64,000 nt of DNA, from positions 329 through 64,328 of the forward strand of contig CAZWIT010000001.1 in assembly GCA_964633905.1 (NCBI GenBank), written 5' to 3'. Positions 39,577 through 47,890 of the stretch are shown here, in pieces; position 1 is the stretch's first letter; each line of letters opens with the position of its first letter. The stretch is from an uncultured Gammaproteobacteria bacterium. GTDB lineage: Bacteria; Patescibacteriota; Patescibacteriia; UBA1558; GWA2-36-10. A program made the position numbers and the translations under genes. Under the pieces are notes generated by a model. The model saw nothing but the letters and a program-made list of their open reading frames with translations, ran no database searches and was not told the DNA's origin.

Positions 39577-40126
39577 AACCATTAGCTTGGCTGGTCAAAA
39601 TATAAATTATCAATTGCGTCGTCGTTTAAGGATGAAGTACGTGCGTTTAAGTATTGGCGTAGATGGTGTTTTAGTAGTAAGTGCACCCAAGCGTTATCCG
39701 CAGTTTTTATTAAAGAAATTAATTTTAAATAAAATAAACTGGATTCAGGCAGCTACTTGCAAACGTTTGGCTAAGCCTAGTATTTTTCGAGAGCAACACA
39801 GTATTCAAGAAGTAAAACAATATAAACTTTTAACTAAAAAATTGGTTTTAGAGCGCTTGCAACATTTTAATAATTTTTATAATTTGAAATATAAAAAAGT
39901 TACTATTCGTAAAGCTAGTAGCCGGTGGGGGAGTTGTTCTAAGCAAGGGAATTTAAATTTTAATTATCGTTTGTGTTTGCTTGATTCAAAACTGTTAGAT
40001 TATATTGTGGTGCATGAATTATGTCATTTACAAGAGTTTAATCATAGTAAAGCTTTTTGGGGCTTAGTAGCCAAACAATTTCCAGACTATAAAATTTTAA
40101 AACAGCAATTAAAAAGTTTAGCTTAA
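39563..40126 (+). CDS. YgjP-like metal-dependent hydrolase (DUF45, SprT-like)
   Basis: WGSCS...NFNYRL followed by the HELCHL zincin-like motif. Confidence 0.75.
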   Translation: MSDFKTISLAGQNINYQLRRRLRMKYVRLSIGVDGVLVVSAPKRYPQFLLKKLILNKINWIQAATCKRLAKPSIFREQHSIQEVKQYKLLTKKLVLERLQHFNNFYNLKYKKVTIRKASSRWGSCSKQGNLNFNYRLCLLDSKLLDYIVVHELCHLQEFNHSKAFWGLVAKQFPDYKILKQQLKSLA

Positions 40127-40385
40127 TATAAAAATGTCTTTATTTGACATTTTTTATTTTTCTGTTAAATTATTAGGGTTAATCTTTTGTTTTTTCGTTC
40201 CGGTGCCGTAGGGTCATGCCTCCACCGCCGGGCTGGTTGCTGGTTTTTTCGGTCGGGCTATATTATGTTCGGCAGAATGCGACTTGTTTCCCCGCAAGTC
40301 GATAAACCAACAGCCTACTCTACGGCACCTCAAATTCTGACCACCACTTTGGTGGTCTTTTTTTATTTTTTTAAGAAAATGAAAA

Positions 40386-40437
40386 CCGCTCGCCCGCCAC
40401 TGCATAAATGCAGGGCAGGGCGAGCGGTCGTAGTCGC
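40386..40437 (-). terminator. Strong nested hairpin terminator, acting on the minus strand
   Basis: ccgctcgccc ... gggcgagcgg 10-bp stem with an inner ctgcat-aaa-tgcag hairpin. On the minus strand it is followed by TTTTCATTTTCTT. Confidence 0.55.
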
Positions 40438-40449
40438 AGGGAGCAGAGC

Positions 40450-40555
40450 TAGAAGGTCTTGATGATGCCGATGGCGCTGTTTGTCGCGCCATCATCGAAC
40501 AGCGGTGGCGATCAGCAGGCTGATCAGCAGGGCGGCGGCGATGATCTTCTTCATC
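40450..40555 (-). pseudogene. Small signal-peptide-like ORF with an apparent -1 frameshift, inside the GC-rich island
   Basis: The minus strand has a GAGGAG Shine-Dalgarno 8 nt before ATG 40555. The reading frame gives MKKIIAAALLISLLIATAVR-stop. A -1 shift continues as DDGATNSAIGIIKTF-stop, ending 13 nt before the terminator hairpin. Codon usage is high-GC. Confidence 0.3.
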
Positions 40556-40701
40556 TCTTATACTCCTCAAGTCAAGGGACGGACAATGCTTAACAGCCTA
40601 GAATTAGGCGGTTTCAGCGTTAACTACTATATTATAGCATATATATATTAAATTGTCAAGATGTAGCTAAAGTGATTTTATTCTGATAAAATTAGAGCAC
40701 T

Positions 40702-41127
40702 ATGCCATGCTTTTTTTGTGACATTCAAGATCAAAGAGATCCGCAGCTGATTACAGCTAATGATTTTTTTGTAGCGCGCTTTGATGATTTTCCAGTTGCC
40801 AAAGGCCACTGCGAAATTTTTCCTAAAGAGCATATTGAGTCAGTTTTTGATTTACCTTCTGAACAACAGTGGGCATTTTTTGATATTATAAATAAAGTAA
40901 AAAGTATTTTGGAAGAAAAATATCAGCCCGATGGTTTTAATATTGGTATTAATGAAGGTCGGGCAGCAGGTCGCACTATGGATCATTTACATTTGCATGT
41001 GATACCTCGTTATTGGGGTGATATAGATCACCCGCGTGGCGGAGTCAGAAATATTATTCCTAGTAAAGGTGATTATAAAAAAGATATCCAGGCTCGTCCT
41101 GATCGCATTAAATATTTTAATGAATAA
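40702..41127 (+). CDS. HIT family hydrolase (histidine triad)
   Basis: HLHLHVIP histidine-triad motif. Length 141 aa. Confidence 0.8.
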   Translation: MPCFFCDIQDQRDPQLITANDFFVARFDDFPVAKGHCEIFPKEHIESVFDLPSEQQWAFFDIINKVKSILEEKYQPDGFNIGINEGRAAGRTMDHLHLHVIPRYWGDIDHPRGGVRNIIPSKGDYKKDIQARPDRIKYFNE

Positions 41128-41131
41128 AAAT

Positions 41132-41671
41132 ATGGCGGAAGAAAAAAAAGTCGGAGGCTTAGAAAATAATCAAGAAGAAAAACATATTCGTCCAAATTGG
41201 GATGAATATTTTATGGAAATGGCTAAAACTGCCTCCAAACGAGCCACTTGTAGTAGAGGTAGAAGTGGTTCAATAGCAGTCAAAGATAATCAGATTTTAG
41301 TTACTGGCTATGTTGGCGCACCTAAAGGTTTTCCTGATTGTGATGAAGTTGGTCATTTGATGAAGAAGACTGACCATGGTGATGGTACTGTTAGTAATCA
41401 TTGTGTGAGAACTATTCATGCTGAACAAAATTTAATTTGCCAGGCCGCCAAAAGAGGGGTGTCGATAGAAGGAGCTACTATTTATTGTCGTATGGTACCT
41501 TGCGTGACTTGCTGTATGCTGCTAGTAAATTGTGGCATCAAGCGAGTAGTTGCCGAAAGGCACTATCATCAAGGTGGGCAAGATATTTTAAAACAGGCAG
41601 GTATTAAGTTGGATGTTTTGCATGATGACGAAGTGCAGGCATACGAAGACATGACGGAAAAAAAGAAATAA
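41132..41671 (+). CDS. dCMP deaminase (ComEB / cytidine-deoxycytidylate deaminase family)
   Basis: HAE ... PCVTC zinc-binding motifs. Start moved to ATG 41132 (MAEEKK...), after the HIT gene stop. Confidence 0.8.
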   Translation: MAEEKKVGGLENNQEEKHIRPNWDEYFMEMAKTASKRATCSRGRSGSIAVKDNQILVTGYVGAPKGFPDCDEVGHLMKKTDHGDGTVSNHCVRTIHAEQNLICQAAKRGVSIEGATIYCRMVPCVTCCMLLVNCGIKRVVAERHYHQGGQDILKQAGIKLDVLHDDEVQAYEDMTEKKK

Positions 41672-41675
41672 TAAT

Positions 41676-42218
41676 ATGGACAAAAAAATTTTAGTTTTTA
41701 CTGGCTTACCATCAGCTGGCAAAGGTACGGCTGCTAAATATTTAGTGGAAAAATATGGAGTTCAGTATTTTCGTTTTTCTACTATTATTCGTGATCTGCT
41801 TAATAGATTATATTTACCACAATCTCGAGAAAATATGTTTCGTATTTCTTTAGTATTAAGACAGAATTTTTCCGAAGATATCTTTGCTAAAGTTATGGCT
41901 GAAGATGTTAGTAGGGCTGAAAATAAGATAGTGGTGGTTGATGGGGCTAGGCGTTTAGCTGATATTGAACATCTCGGTAAATTACCTGGTTTTCAACTTA
42001 TTGCTATTGAAGCCGATATGAAAAAGCGTTATGAGAGGTTGATTATTAGAGGAGAAAATCCAGATGATAATAGTAAAACTTGGGAGCAGTTTCAAGCTGA
42101 TCATAATTTAGAAACAGAATTAAGTATTCCAGAACTGATGAGTAAAGCAACAGCAGTAATAAATAACGATGGTAGTTTGGAGGACTTATATAAACAATTA
42201 GATAATTTAGTTAAATAA
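41676..42218 (+). CDS. P-loop nucleotide kinase; candidate deoxynucleoside-monophosphate kinase
   Basis: Walker A GLPSAGKGT, 180 aa. Genomic context of dCMP deaminase, ThyX, dUTPase and dTMP kinase. Specificity is not determinable from sequence. Confidence 0.5.
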   Translation: MDKKILVFTGLPSAGKGTAAKYLVEKYGVQYFRFSTIIRDLLNRLYLPQSRENMFRISLVLRQNFSEDIFAKVMAEDVSRAENKIVVVDGARRLADIEHLGKLPGFQLIAIEADMKKRYERLIIRGENPDDNSKTWEQFQADHNLETELSIPELMSKATAVINNDGSLEDLYKQLDNLVK

Positions 42219-42232
42219 GTTTATTTTTATTT

Positions 42233-43585
42233 ATGTCATTAGATAATTTACAACATGTTTCTCGGTCTTTAAGTAGTGGCGGTATGGTTATGTTACTTGA
42301 TACTGGTGCAGTTATTAATCCTGAATCAGAAGCTATGATCCAAGCTTTGCATTCACGCTCTACGGGTGGAGTAAAAAGTCATTTAGAAACTTTGAGCAAA
42401 AAAGGTTCAGCTAATTTTATGGCTAATTTTTATGTTGGTTATGGTCATAAATCTATTGGTGATTGCGGTAGTTTAACCCTTTTTATCGAAGGTGTTTCGA
42501 TGTTGGCAGCCAAAGCCATTCAAGATTGGGCGTTATATAGTGGACAAGAATCTTCTACTCGCTATATTGATTTTTCTAAACAATTATTTATTGATCCAGT
42601 TGGTACCCAAGAATCTAAAGATATTTTGGAAAATTGGCGGCAGTTTTATTTAAATTCACGAGTGCAAGTCGAGGATCATTTAAAAAAACAATTTCCTTTG
42701 CAAGCTTCAGAAGAAGAAAAAATTTATAATAAAGCCATTAGCGCTCGAGCCTTTGATATTTTGCGTGGCTTTTTGCCAGCTGGTGCTTCTACTAATTTGG
42801 CTTGGCATAGTAATATGAGGCAAGTAGCTGATAAATTGATGCTTTTGAGGCACCATCCATTATTAGAGGTTAAAGAAGTAGCGGAAAAATTACAGGAAGT
42901 ATTACAAGAAAAATATCCTAGCTCTTTTAATTATCCGATTTTTGCTACTACTGAAGATTATAATAAGCAATGGATGAATGAGGATTATTATTTTACTCAT
43001 GACACTTTTTCAGAAACAAAATTATTATATAATGGTTTGGATCTGAATTTATTAAAAAAATATAAAAAAGTTTTAAGCTCTCGTCCTCTGAAAACTGAGT
43101 TGCCAAAATTTTTGGCCCAAGTCGGTACTTTGCAATTTGGTTTTATGCTTGATTTCGGATCTTTTCGCGATATTCAGCGTCACCGAGCAGTGATTCAGCG
43201 CATGCCTTTGCTTACTTTAGAGCATGGTTTTAATCAATTTTATTTTGAGTCATTACCAGAGAGTTTAAGGCAAGCAGCCGAAAGCTTGGTTGGCTATCAA
43301 GAGCAGGCTATTAAAAAATTAAATTTAAATCCCGGTATTGCTCAATACTATACGGCTATGGGTTATAATTTGCCTAATATGATTAGTGGTGATTTGCCAG
43401 CTTTAGTTTATTTGATTGAACTACGATCTACTAGATTTGTGCATCCGACTTTGCAGAAACGAGCGATTGAGATGGCTAAAATTTTAGAAAAAGAATTTGG
43501 CACTTATGGTTTGCAGCTACACCTTGATCAAGAGCCTGGTCGTTTTGATATCAAGCGCGGTGAGCATGATATTATTATTAAATAA
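42233..43585 (+). CDS. thyX: FAD-dependent thymidylate synthase ThyX-like, long (tandem-domain) form
   Basis: ThyX-type RHR motif (FRDIQRHRAVIQRMPL). At 450 aa it is about twice the canonical ThyX length. Pyrimidine-deoxynucleotide gene context. Confidence 0.55.
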   Translation: MSLDNLQHVSRSLSSGGMVMLLDTGAVINPESEAMIQALHSRSTGGVKSHLETLSKKGSANFMANFYVGYGHKSIGDCGSLTLFIEGVSMLAAKAIQDWALYSGQESSTRYIDFSKQLFIDPVGTQESKDILENWRQFYLNSRVQVEDHLKKQFPLQASEEEKIYNKAISARAFDILRGFLPAGASTNLAWHSNMRQVADKLMLLRHHPLLEVKEVAEKLQEVLQEKYPSSFNYPIFATTEDYNKQWMNEDYYFTHDTFSETKLLYNGLDLNLLKKYKKVLSSRPLKTELPKFLAQVGTLQFGFMLDFGSFRDIQRHRAVIQRMPLLTLEHGFNQFYFESLPESLRQAAESLVGYQEQAIKKLNLNPGIAQYYTAMGYNLPNMISGDLPALVYLIELRSTRFVHPTLQKRAIEMAKILEKEFGTYGLQLHLDQEPGRFDIKRGEHDIIIK

Positions 43586-43587
43586 GT

Positions 43588-44010
43588 ATGAAAATTAAAA
43601 TAAAAAAATTAATAGCAGAGGCCACCTTACCGCAAGTTTCACGCGTAGGCGATTGTGCAATGGATCTAGTAGCTGCTAAAAATTATTTATTAAATCCCGG
43701 TGATCAAGTTCTAGTTTCTACTGGCGTGGCTGTTGAAATTCCAGCTGGCTTTTGGGGCAATGTCAGAGATCGATCAGGACTCGCTGCTAAGCATGGTTTA
43801 CATACTTTGGCTGGAGTAATTGACCCCAATTATCGGGGAGAAATTTTAGTAGCTTTAATTAACTTAGGAAAAGAATCTTATCAAATAAAGTCAGGTGATC
43901 GGATTGCCCAGATGCTTATCCAAAAATTTGAAGATATTGAAATAGAAGAAGCAAGCGAACTAGTCGAAAGCAATCGGGGAGCTAATAATTTTGGTTCTAG
44001 TGGATATTAA
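43588..44010 (+). CDS. dut: dUTP diphosphatase
   Basis: dUTPase motifs (AGVIDPNYRGEI, RSGLAAKHGL, C-terminal Gly-rich tail). Length 140 aa. Confidence 0.85.
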   Translation: MKIKIKKLIAEATLPQVSRVGDCAMDLVAAKNYLLNPGDQVLVSTGVAVEIPAGFWGNVRDRSGLAAKHGLHTLAGVIDPNYRGEILVALINLGKESYQIKSGDRIAQMLIQKFEDIEIEEASELVESNRGANNFGSSGY

Positions 44011-44012
44011 AT

Positions 44013-44687
44013 ATGTCAGGAAAATTGATAGTTATAGAAGGGGGAGATGGTAGTGGTAAAACTACTCAGTTTAATTTACTTAAAGAAAAATTAATTAAAG
44101 AAGGATATCAAATAGAGACGGTTGATTTTCCTCGTTACGGACAAGACTCTGCTTTGATGATAGAAAAATATCTCAATGGTGATTTCGGAACAGCTAAAGA
44201 AGTTGGCGCTTATCGAGCTTCTATTTTATATGCGGTTGATCGTTATGATGCTTCCTTTGAAATGAAAAAATACTTAGCAGAAGGTAAAATAATTTTAGCT
44301 AATCGTTATGCTACATCTAGTATGCTTCATCAAGCCGGAAAAATAAAGGACATTAAAGAAAGAGATATTTTTTTAAATTGGTTAGATGAGTTAGAGTTTG
44401 GTATATTTGCCATTCCGCGACCAGATGTAGTTTTTTTTATGAATATTTCGGCGGAACTTTCACAAAAAATGGCTTTACAAAAAGAGCAACGCCATGATCA
44501 TTTGAAATCAAAAAATGATATTCATGAAAATGATCTTAGTCATTTACGCGATGCTCTAGAAGCTGGGCAATATGTTGCCCAAAAATATCAGTGGGAGGTA
44601 GTTAACTGTGATGATGGCACTGGTCATATTAGATCCATTGAAGATATTCATGAAGAAATTTGTCAGAAGTTAAAAAAATATATATAG
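44013..44687 (+). CDS. tmk: Thymidylate kinase
   Basis: P-loop IVIEGGDGSGKTTQ, DRY-like DRY motif region. Length 224 aa. Confidence 0.9.
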   Translation: MSGKLIVIEGGDGSGKTTQFNLLKEKLIKEGYQIETVDFPRYGQDSALMIEKYLNGDFGTAKEVGAYRASILYAVDRYDASFEMKKYLAEGKIILANRYATSSMLHQAGKIKDIKERDIFLNWLDELEFGIFAIPRPDVVFFMNISAELSQKMALQKEQRHDHLKSKNDIHENDLSHLRDALEAGQYVAQKYQWEVVNCDDGTGHIRSIEDIHEEICQKLKKYI

Positions 44688-44696
44688 TTAATAAAT

Positions 44697-46202
44697 ATGT
44701 CAAAATACGAAGCTATTATCGGCTTAGAAATTCACTTGCAACTTAAAACTAAGAGCAAGATGTTTTGTGCTTGCGCAAATCAAGAAGGTGATAAACCTAA
44801 TACTAATGTTTGTCCAATTTGTTTAGGGCATCCTGGCACATTGCCTACTGTAAATAAAGCAGCGGTAGAACAAGGTCTATTGATGGCTCTAGCCTTAGAT
44901 TGTCAGATTAATAAAAAATCAAAATTTGACCGGAAAAATTATTTTTATCCAGATTTGCCTAAAGGTTACCAAATTTCTCAATTTGATGAACCAATTGCCG
45001 AACACGGTAAGTTGATTATTGAAGTAGAAGAAAAACGTAGGCGTATTGGTATTACTCGCTTGCATCTAGAAGAAGACGCGGCTAAAAATATGCATTTAGG
45101 TGATAAAACTTTGGTTGATTTTAATCGTGGCGGAGCACCACTTGCCGAAATTGTCACTGAACCTGATTTTAGAAGTCCCCAAGAAGCTAAAGAATTTTTA
45201 ACACAACTGAGATTAATAGCTCGTTATTTAGGAGTGTCTGATGCTGATATGGAAAAAGGACAATTAAGGTGTGATGCTAATATTTCTTTGCGCCCCAAAG
45301 GTGATAAAAATTTTTATGCTAAAACGGAAATTAAAAATCTTAATTCTTTCCGTTCAGTAGAACGAGCTTTGCAATATGAAATCGAGCGCCAAACAGAACT
45401 ATGGGATAAAAAACAAGTTAGTAAATTGACTGAAACGCGCGGTTGGGATGAAGCTAAACAAGTAACTGTTTTACAGCGTACTAAAGAAGGTTCTTCTGAT
45501 TATCGTTATTTCCCAGAACCAGACTTGCCACCTTTAGTAATATCACAAACCATGATGGATGAAGTAGTTGCTAAATTAGTAGAATTGCCGGCTGCCAAGC
45601 AAGAGCGTTTTAGGCAAGAATATGGTTTGCGTGCCTTGGACGCCAAAGTTTTAGTTAGTCAAAAAGACTGGGCAGCTTGGTATGAAGAACTAATGTCAGA
45701 ATTACAGATTTGGGTCTGTCAATGGCAAAAGGTAGCTTTAGAGTCTAAGGAGGCAGAAAAATTATGGCTAGAGCATAAACTTGAGCTAGGTCGCTTGAGT
45801 TATGCTTGGGTTACTAGCGAATTATTTAAATTATTACCAAGCGGCTTTAAGCTAAAAAATTTAAAGATTAAGCCAGAAAATATGGCTGAATTTATTAGCT
45901 TGATTTATTTGAAAAAAATAAACAGTACCGCTGGTCAAAAGATTTTAGCTGAAATGTTTTCTGGTAAAGACCAGGATCCTTCGCATTTGGCAGATAAAAT
46001 GGATTTAACTCAAATTGATGATGATAGCACTTTAGTTGATTTAGTGATGAAGGTTATTTTGATGTATCCAGAGCAAGCTCAAGAATATCGTAATGGCAAA
46101 GAGCCTTTGCTCAAATTTTTCTTGGGCCAAGTAATGAAAGAATCAAAAGGCAAGGCTAATCCTCAGAAAATAGAGGAGATTTTGAAAGAGAAATTAAGTT
46201 AA
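44697..46202 (+). CDS. gatB: Asp-tRNA(Asn)/Glu-tRNA(Gln) amidotransferase subunit B
   Basis: N-terminal EAIIGLEIHLQL...MFCAC GatB signature. Length 501 aa. Confidence 0.9.
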   Translation: MSKYEAIIGLEIHLQLKTKSKMFCACANQEGDKPNTNVCPICLGHPGTLPTVNKAAVEQGLLMALALDCQINKKSKFDRKNYFYPDLPKGYQISQFDEPIAEHGKLIIEVEEKRRRIGITRLHLEEDAAKNMHLGDKTLVDFNRGGAPLAEIVTEPDFRSPQEAKEFLTQLRLIARYLGVSDADMEKGQLRCDANISLRPKGDKNFYAKTEIKNLNSFRSVERALQYEIERQTELWDKKQVSKLTETRGWDEAKQVTVLQRTKEGSSDYRYFPEPDLPPLVISQTMMDEVVAKLVELPAAKQERFRQEYGLRALDAKVLVSQKDWAAWYEELMSELQIWVCQWQKVALESKEAEKLWLEHKLELGRLSYAWVTSELFKLLPSGFKLKNLKIKPENMAEFISLIYLKKINSTAGQKILAEMFSGKDQDPSHLADKMDLTQIDDDSTLVDLVMKVILMYPEQAQEYRNGKEPLLKFFLGQVMKESKGKANPQKIEEILKEKLS

Positions 46203-46203
46203 A

Positions 46204-46282
46204 TACCCCCTCTATAATCTCCCCCTAAATTAGGGGGAGATGTCTCGAGCGAAGTCGAGAGACAGAGGAGGTATATAAGAAA
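46204..46282 (+). promoter_or_regulatory. Structured 5' leader element, copy A (anti-SD / hairpin 1 / hairpin 2 / SD), upstream of the DUF559 gene
   Basis: Sequence tacccccTCTataa-TCTCCCCCTAAATTAGGGGGAGA-tg-tctcgagcgaagtcgagaga-CAGAGGAGG-tatataagaaa-ATG. ccccctct pairs with agaggagg, which is the Shine-Dalgarno. It is homologous to the element at 52687-52760 on the minus strand. Confidence 0.6.
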
Positions 46283-46666
46283 ATGCGATTTATTTTTAAT
46301 AACCCTAATTTTAAATTAATACGTAGGGGTTTGCGTCAGCAAATGACGGATGCAGAATTATTATTTTGGTCAAAAATAAAAAATAAGCAATTATGCGCTT
46401 ATAAATTTCGTAGGCAATACAGCATTGGTCCGTTTATTGTTGATTTTTATTGTCCAAAATTAAAACTTGTTATTGAAATAGATGGTAGTCAACATGCTAA
46501 ATTAGACATTATTAATTATGATAGCTCTAGAACGGCATATTTTCAATCTATGAACATAAAAGTTATTAGATATTGGAATCACGAGATAATGAATAATATA
46601 GAAGGTGTTTATATTGATTTACAAGAACAAATCAAAAAAAGAAGGAAAGAGTTCGATTTTGTTTGA
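46283..46666 (+). CDS. DUF559 domain protein (Vsr-like endonuclease fold)
   Basis: Conserved DUF559 segments (TDAELLFW, YKFRRQ, FIVDFYCPKLKLVIEIDGSQH, VIRYWNHEI). Confidence 0.75.
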   Translation: MRFIFNNPNFKLIRRGLRQQMTDAELLFWSKIKNKQLCAYKFRRQYSIGPFIVDFYCPKLKLVIEIDGSQHAKLDIINYDSSRTAYFQSMNIKVIRYWNHEIMNNIEGVYIDLQEQIKKRRKEFDFV

Positions 46667-46743
46667 CAGACCTTTTATTATTTGTTATAGATTAAACAAC
46701 TTTAGTTCTTCACTCAAAACCCTAGCTCCGAAAGGAGGTGTGT

Positions 46744-46911
46744 CATGTGTCTGCCGGAAATCAGGCAAAGGCCGAATGGCGAACGCATCGTGGTTAGCCA
46801 ATTTGGCGGGCGGAGGTATCCGCCAGAAGAAGAAGCTATTATTCTGGCGCAGGCTGACAGAGAAGCGGAGGCGAAAAAGTCGCCCCCAAAAACCATCAAT
46901 CCAGAAAATTG
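46744..46911 (+). CDS. Small 55-aa ORF with its own Shine-Dalgarno and terminator, GC-enriched
   Basis: AAAGGAGGTG Shine-Dalgarno 6 nt before ATG 46744. Translation: MCLPEIRQRPNGERIVVSQFGGRRYPPEEEAIILAQADREAEAKKSPPKTINPEN. The stop at TGA 46909-46911 was verified codon by codon. A ccagcg...cgctgg hairpin plus T-run follows. The ORF is about 52% GC. It is too short to appear in the ORF track. Confidence 0.4.
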
Positions 46912-46920
46912 AAGAGAGTG

Positions 46921-46948
46921 TCCAGCGGCTACTTAGTCGCTGGTTTTT
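46921..46948. terminator. Bidirectional terminator (small ORF / miaA)
   Basis: ccagcggctacttagtcgctgg hairpin followed by TTTTTATTTT. Confidence 0.6.
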
Positions 46949-47852
46949 ATTTTAAGAAATTATTTATCTCTTCTTTAATATCGCTTAGAGCTAAATTCCA
47001 ATGTATTTTTAAGCCTTGTTTTTCCATGCGACGAAACCAAGTCATTTGCCTTTTGGCATAGTGACGAGTGTTTTGTTTGATGAGTTCTAGAGCTTTATCT
47101 AGTGTAATTTCATTATCTAAATATTGGATGATTTCGCGGTAGCCAATGCCGGATAAGGCAGGACTATTTTTGTCCTGATATTTTTGATAAATAGTTTTGA
47201 CTTCAGCTACTAAACCCAGAGCTACCATTTGATCAACACGTTGATCAATTTTTTTGTACAAAGCTTTTCTCTCTGGGTCAATACCAAAAATGAGGTAGTC
47301 AAAAGCACAGTCACCGGATTTTTGACCAGCTTTGATACTAGCTTTAAAAGCCAAAGCATATTCTAAAGCTCGCAATACTCGGACTTTATTGTTAATATCA
47401 ATAGTTTCTAAAATTTCCGGATCAGAAATTTCTAGTTGCTTGATTAGCTGTTCAAGACTATGTTGCTCTAGTTCTTTGCGTAAAGCTAAATCAGTTTGCG
47501 GTAACTGGTAGTTTTGCAAAATAGAGGATAGATACAATCCCGTGCCGCCACAGATTATTGGGAGTTTGTGCTGTTTATGAATTTCATCAATGGTAGCTAA
47601 AGCTGCCTGCTGCCAGTCGTGCAAAGAATATTCTTGATCAGGCCTAACTATATCTAACAAATAATGTTTGATACCATCTTGCTCTAAGAGAGTAGTTTTG
47701 TTACTGCCGATATTGAGCTCTTGGTAGATTTGCCGAGAATCAGCTGAGATGATTTCGCCCTTAAAAATTTTTGCAATTTCTACAGCTAAAGATGACTTGC
47801 CAGAAGCAGTCGGACCGAGGATTACTATTATTTTGGGTTTAATATTTGGCAT
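46947..47852 (-). CDS. miaA: tRNA dimethylallyltransferase
   Basis: P-loop ILGPTASGKSSLA, with the IISADSRQIY region typical of MiaA. Confidence 0.9.
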   Translation of the reverse strand: MPNIKPKIIVILGPTASGKSSLAVEIAKIFKGEIISADSRQIYQELNIGSNKTTLLEQDGIKHYLLDIVRPDQEYSLHDWQQAALATIDEIHKQHKLPIICGGTGLYLSSILQNYQLPQTDLALRKELEQHSLEQLIKQLEISDPEILETIDINNKVRVLRALEYALAFKASIKAGQKSGDCAFDYLIFGIDPERKALYKKIDQRVDQMVALGLVAEVKTIYQKYQDKNSPALSGIGYREIIQYLDNEITLDKALELIKQNTRHYAKRQMTWFRRMEKQGLKIHWNLALSDIKEEINNFLK

Positions 47853-47890
47853 TGCTTAGCTAGTATTAAATAGGGATAACTTTGGTGAAG

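Larger units (their letters stand above)
40187..40570. other. Compositionally foreign GC-rich island (about 63% GC against a roughly 33% background)
   Basis: An abrupt GC shift bounded by AT-rich flanks. It carries its own SD, a small ORF, a terminator hairpin, and a long-range complementary pair (ggtgccgtag ... ctacggcacc). Confidence 0.7.

Noticed and set aside
40187-40570. ORF-track reading frames in the GC-rich island: 40187-40462 on the plus strand and 40214-40570 on the minus strand
   Set aside because: Long open frames are expected by chance in high-GC DNA, where stop codons are rare. They lack start-site context. The frame that has a Shine-Dalgarno and a terminator is a different, short, frameshifted one.
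46605-46955. 116-aa ORF on the plus strand overlapping the DUF559 gene 3' end and the intergenic region
   Set aside because: It overlaps the DUF559 stop in another frame and has no ribosome-binding site. The SD-preceded 55-aa ORF in the other frame (46744-46911) explains the coding signal better.
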